A DNA stretch of 64,000 nt. It comes from Sphaerodactylus townsendi (taxonomy: Eukaryota). The stretch covers positions 72,726,001 through 72,790,000 of the forward strand of contig NC_059425.1 of the NCBI RefSeq assembly GCF_021028975.2. The letters are read 5' to 3'. A program made the position numbers and the translations under genes. Shown here in pieces: positions 63,973 to 64,000 of this stretch (its first letter is position 1; the number at the start of each line of letters is the position of its first letter). The notes under the pieces are model-generated. The model did not search any database. It had not been told where the DNA came from and worked only from the letters and a program-made list of their open reading frames with translations.

Positions 63973-64000
63973 AGGAGGAGAGTTAAGCTGCAAGCAGGAT

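Overview
Repeat-rich vertebrate genomic DNA, most likely a squamate reptile (possibly a gecko), judged from Squam2/Squam3-like and 5S-Sauria-like SINEs, CR1, L1, R4 and Penelope-like elements. The only host gene I can support is the 3' end of MDGA1 on the + strand. Its three last coding exons (38671-38795, 45357-45465, 46609-46700) have canonical AG/GT sites and consistent phases, and encode the end of the MAM domain and the GPI-anchor signal. The upstream 38.6 kb appears to be one large intron with a 141-N gap. Nearly all ORF-track entries are spurious or transposon-derived. Most notable observations: (1) a 252-bp insert at 26348-26599 with a perfect 16-bp TSD, a 3' stem-loop and a vertebrate telomere-repeat (CCCTAA) tail; (2) minimal hammerhead ribozymes in Penelope-like terminal repeats, including an intact-looking copy in a 161-bp insert with a 14-bp TSD (63812-63972); (3) unusual substitutions at conserved MAM positions of MDGA1; (4) a hAT family with Myotis_hAT1-like ends. 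Family names come from recalled consensus features, not database searches. I found no convincing novel multi-gene system.
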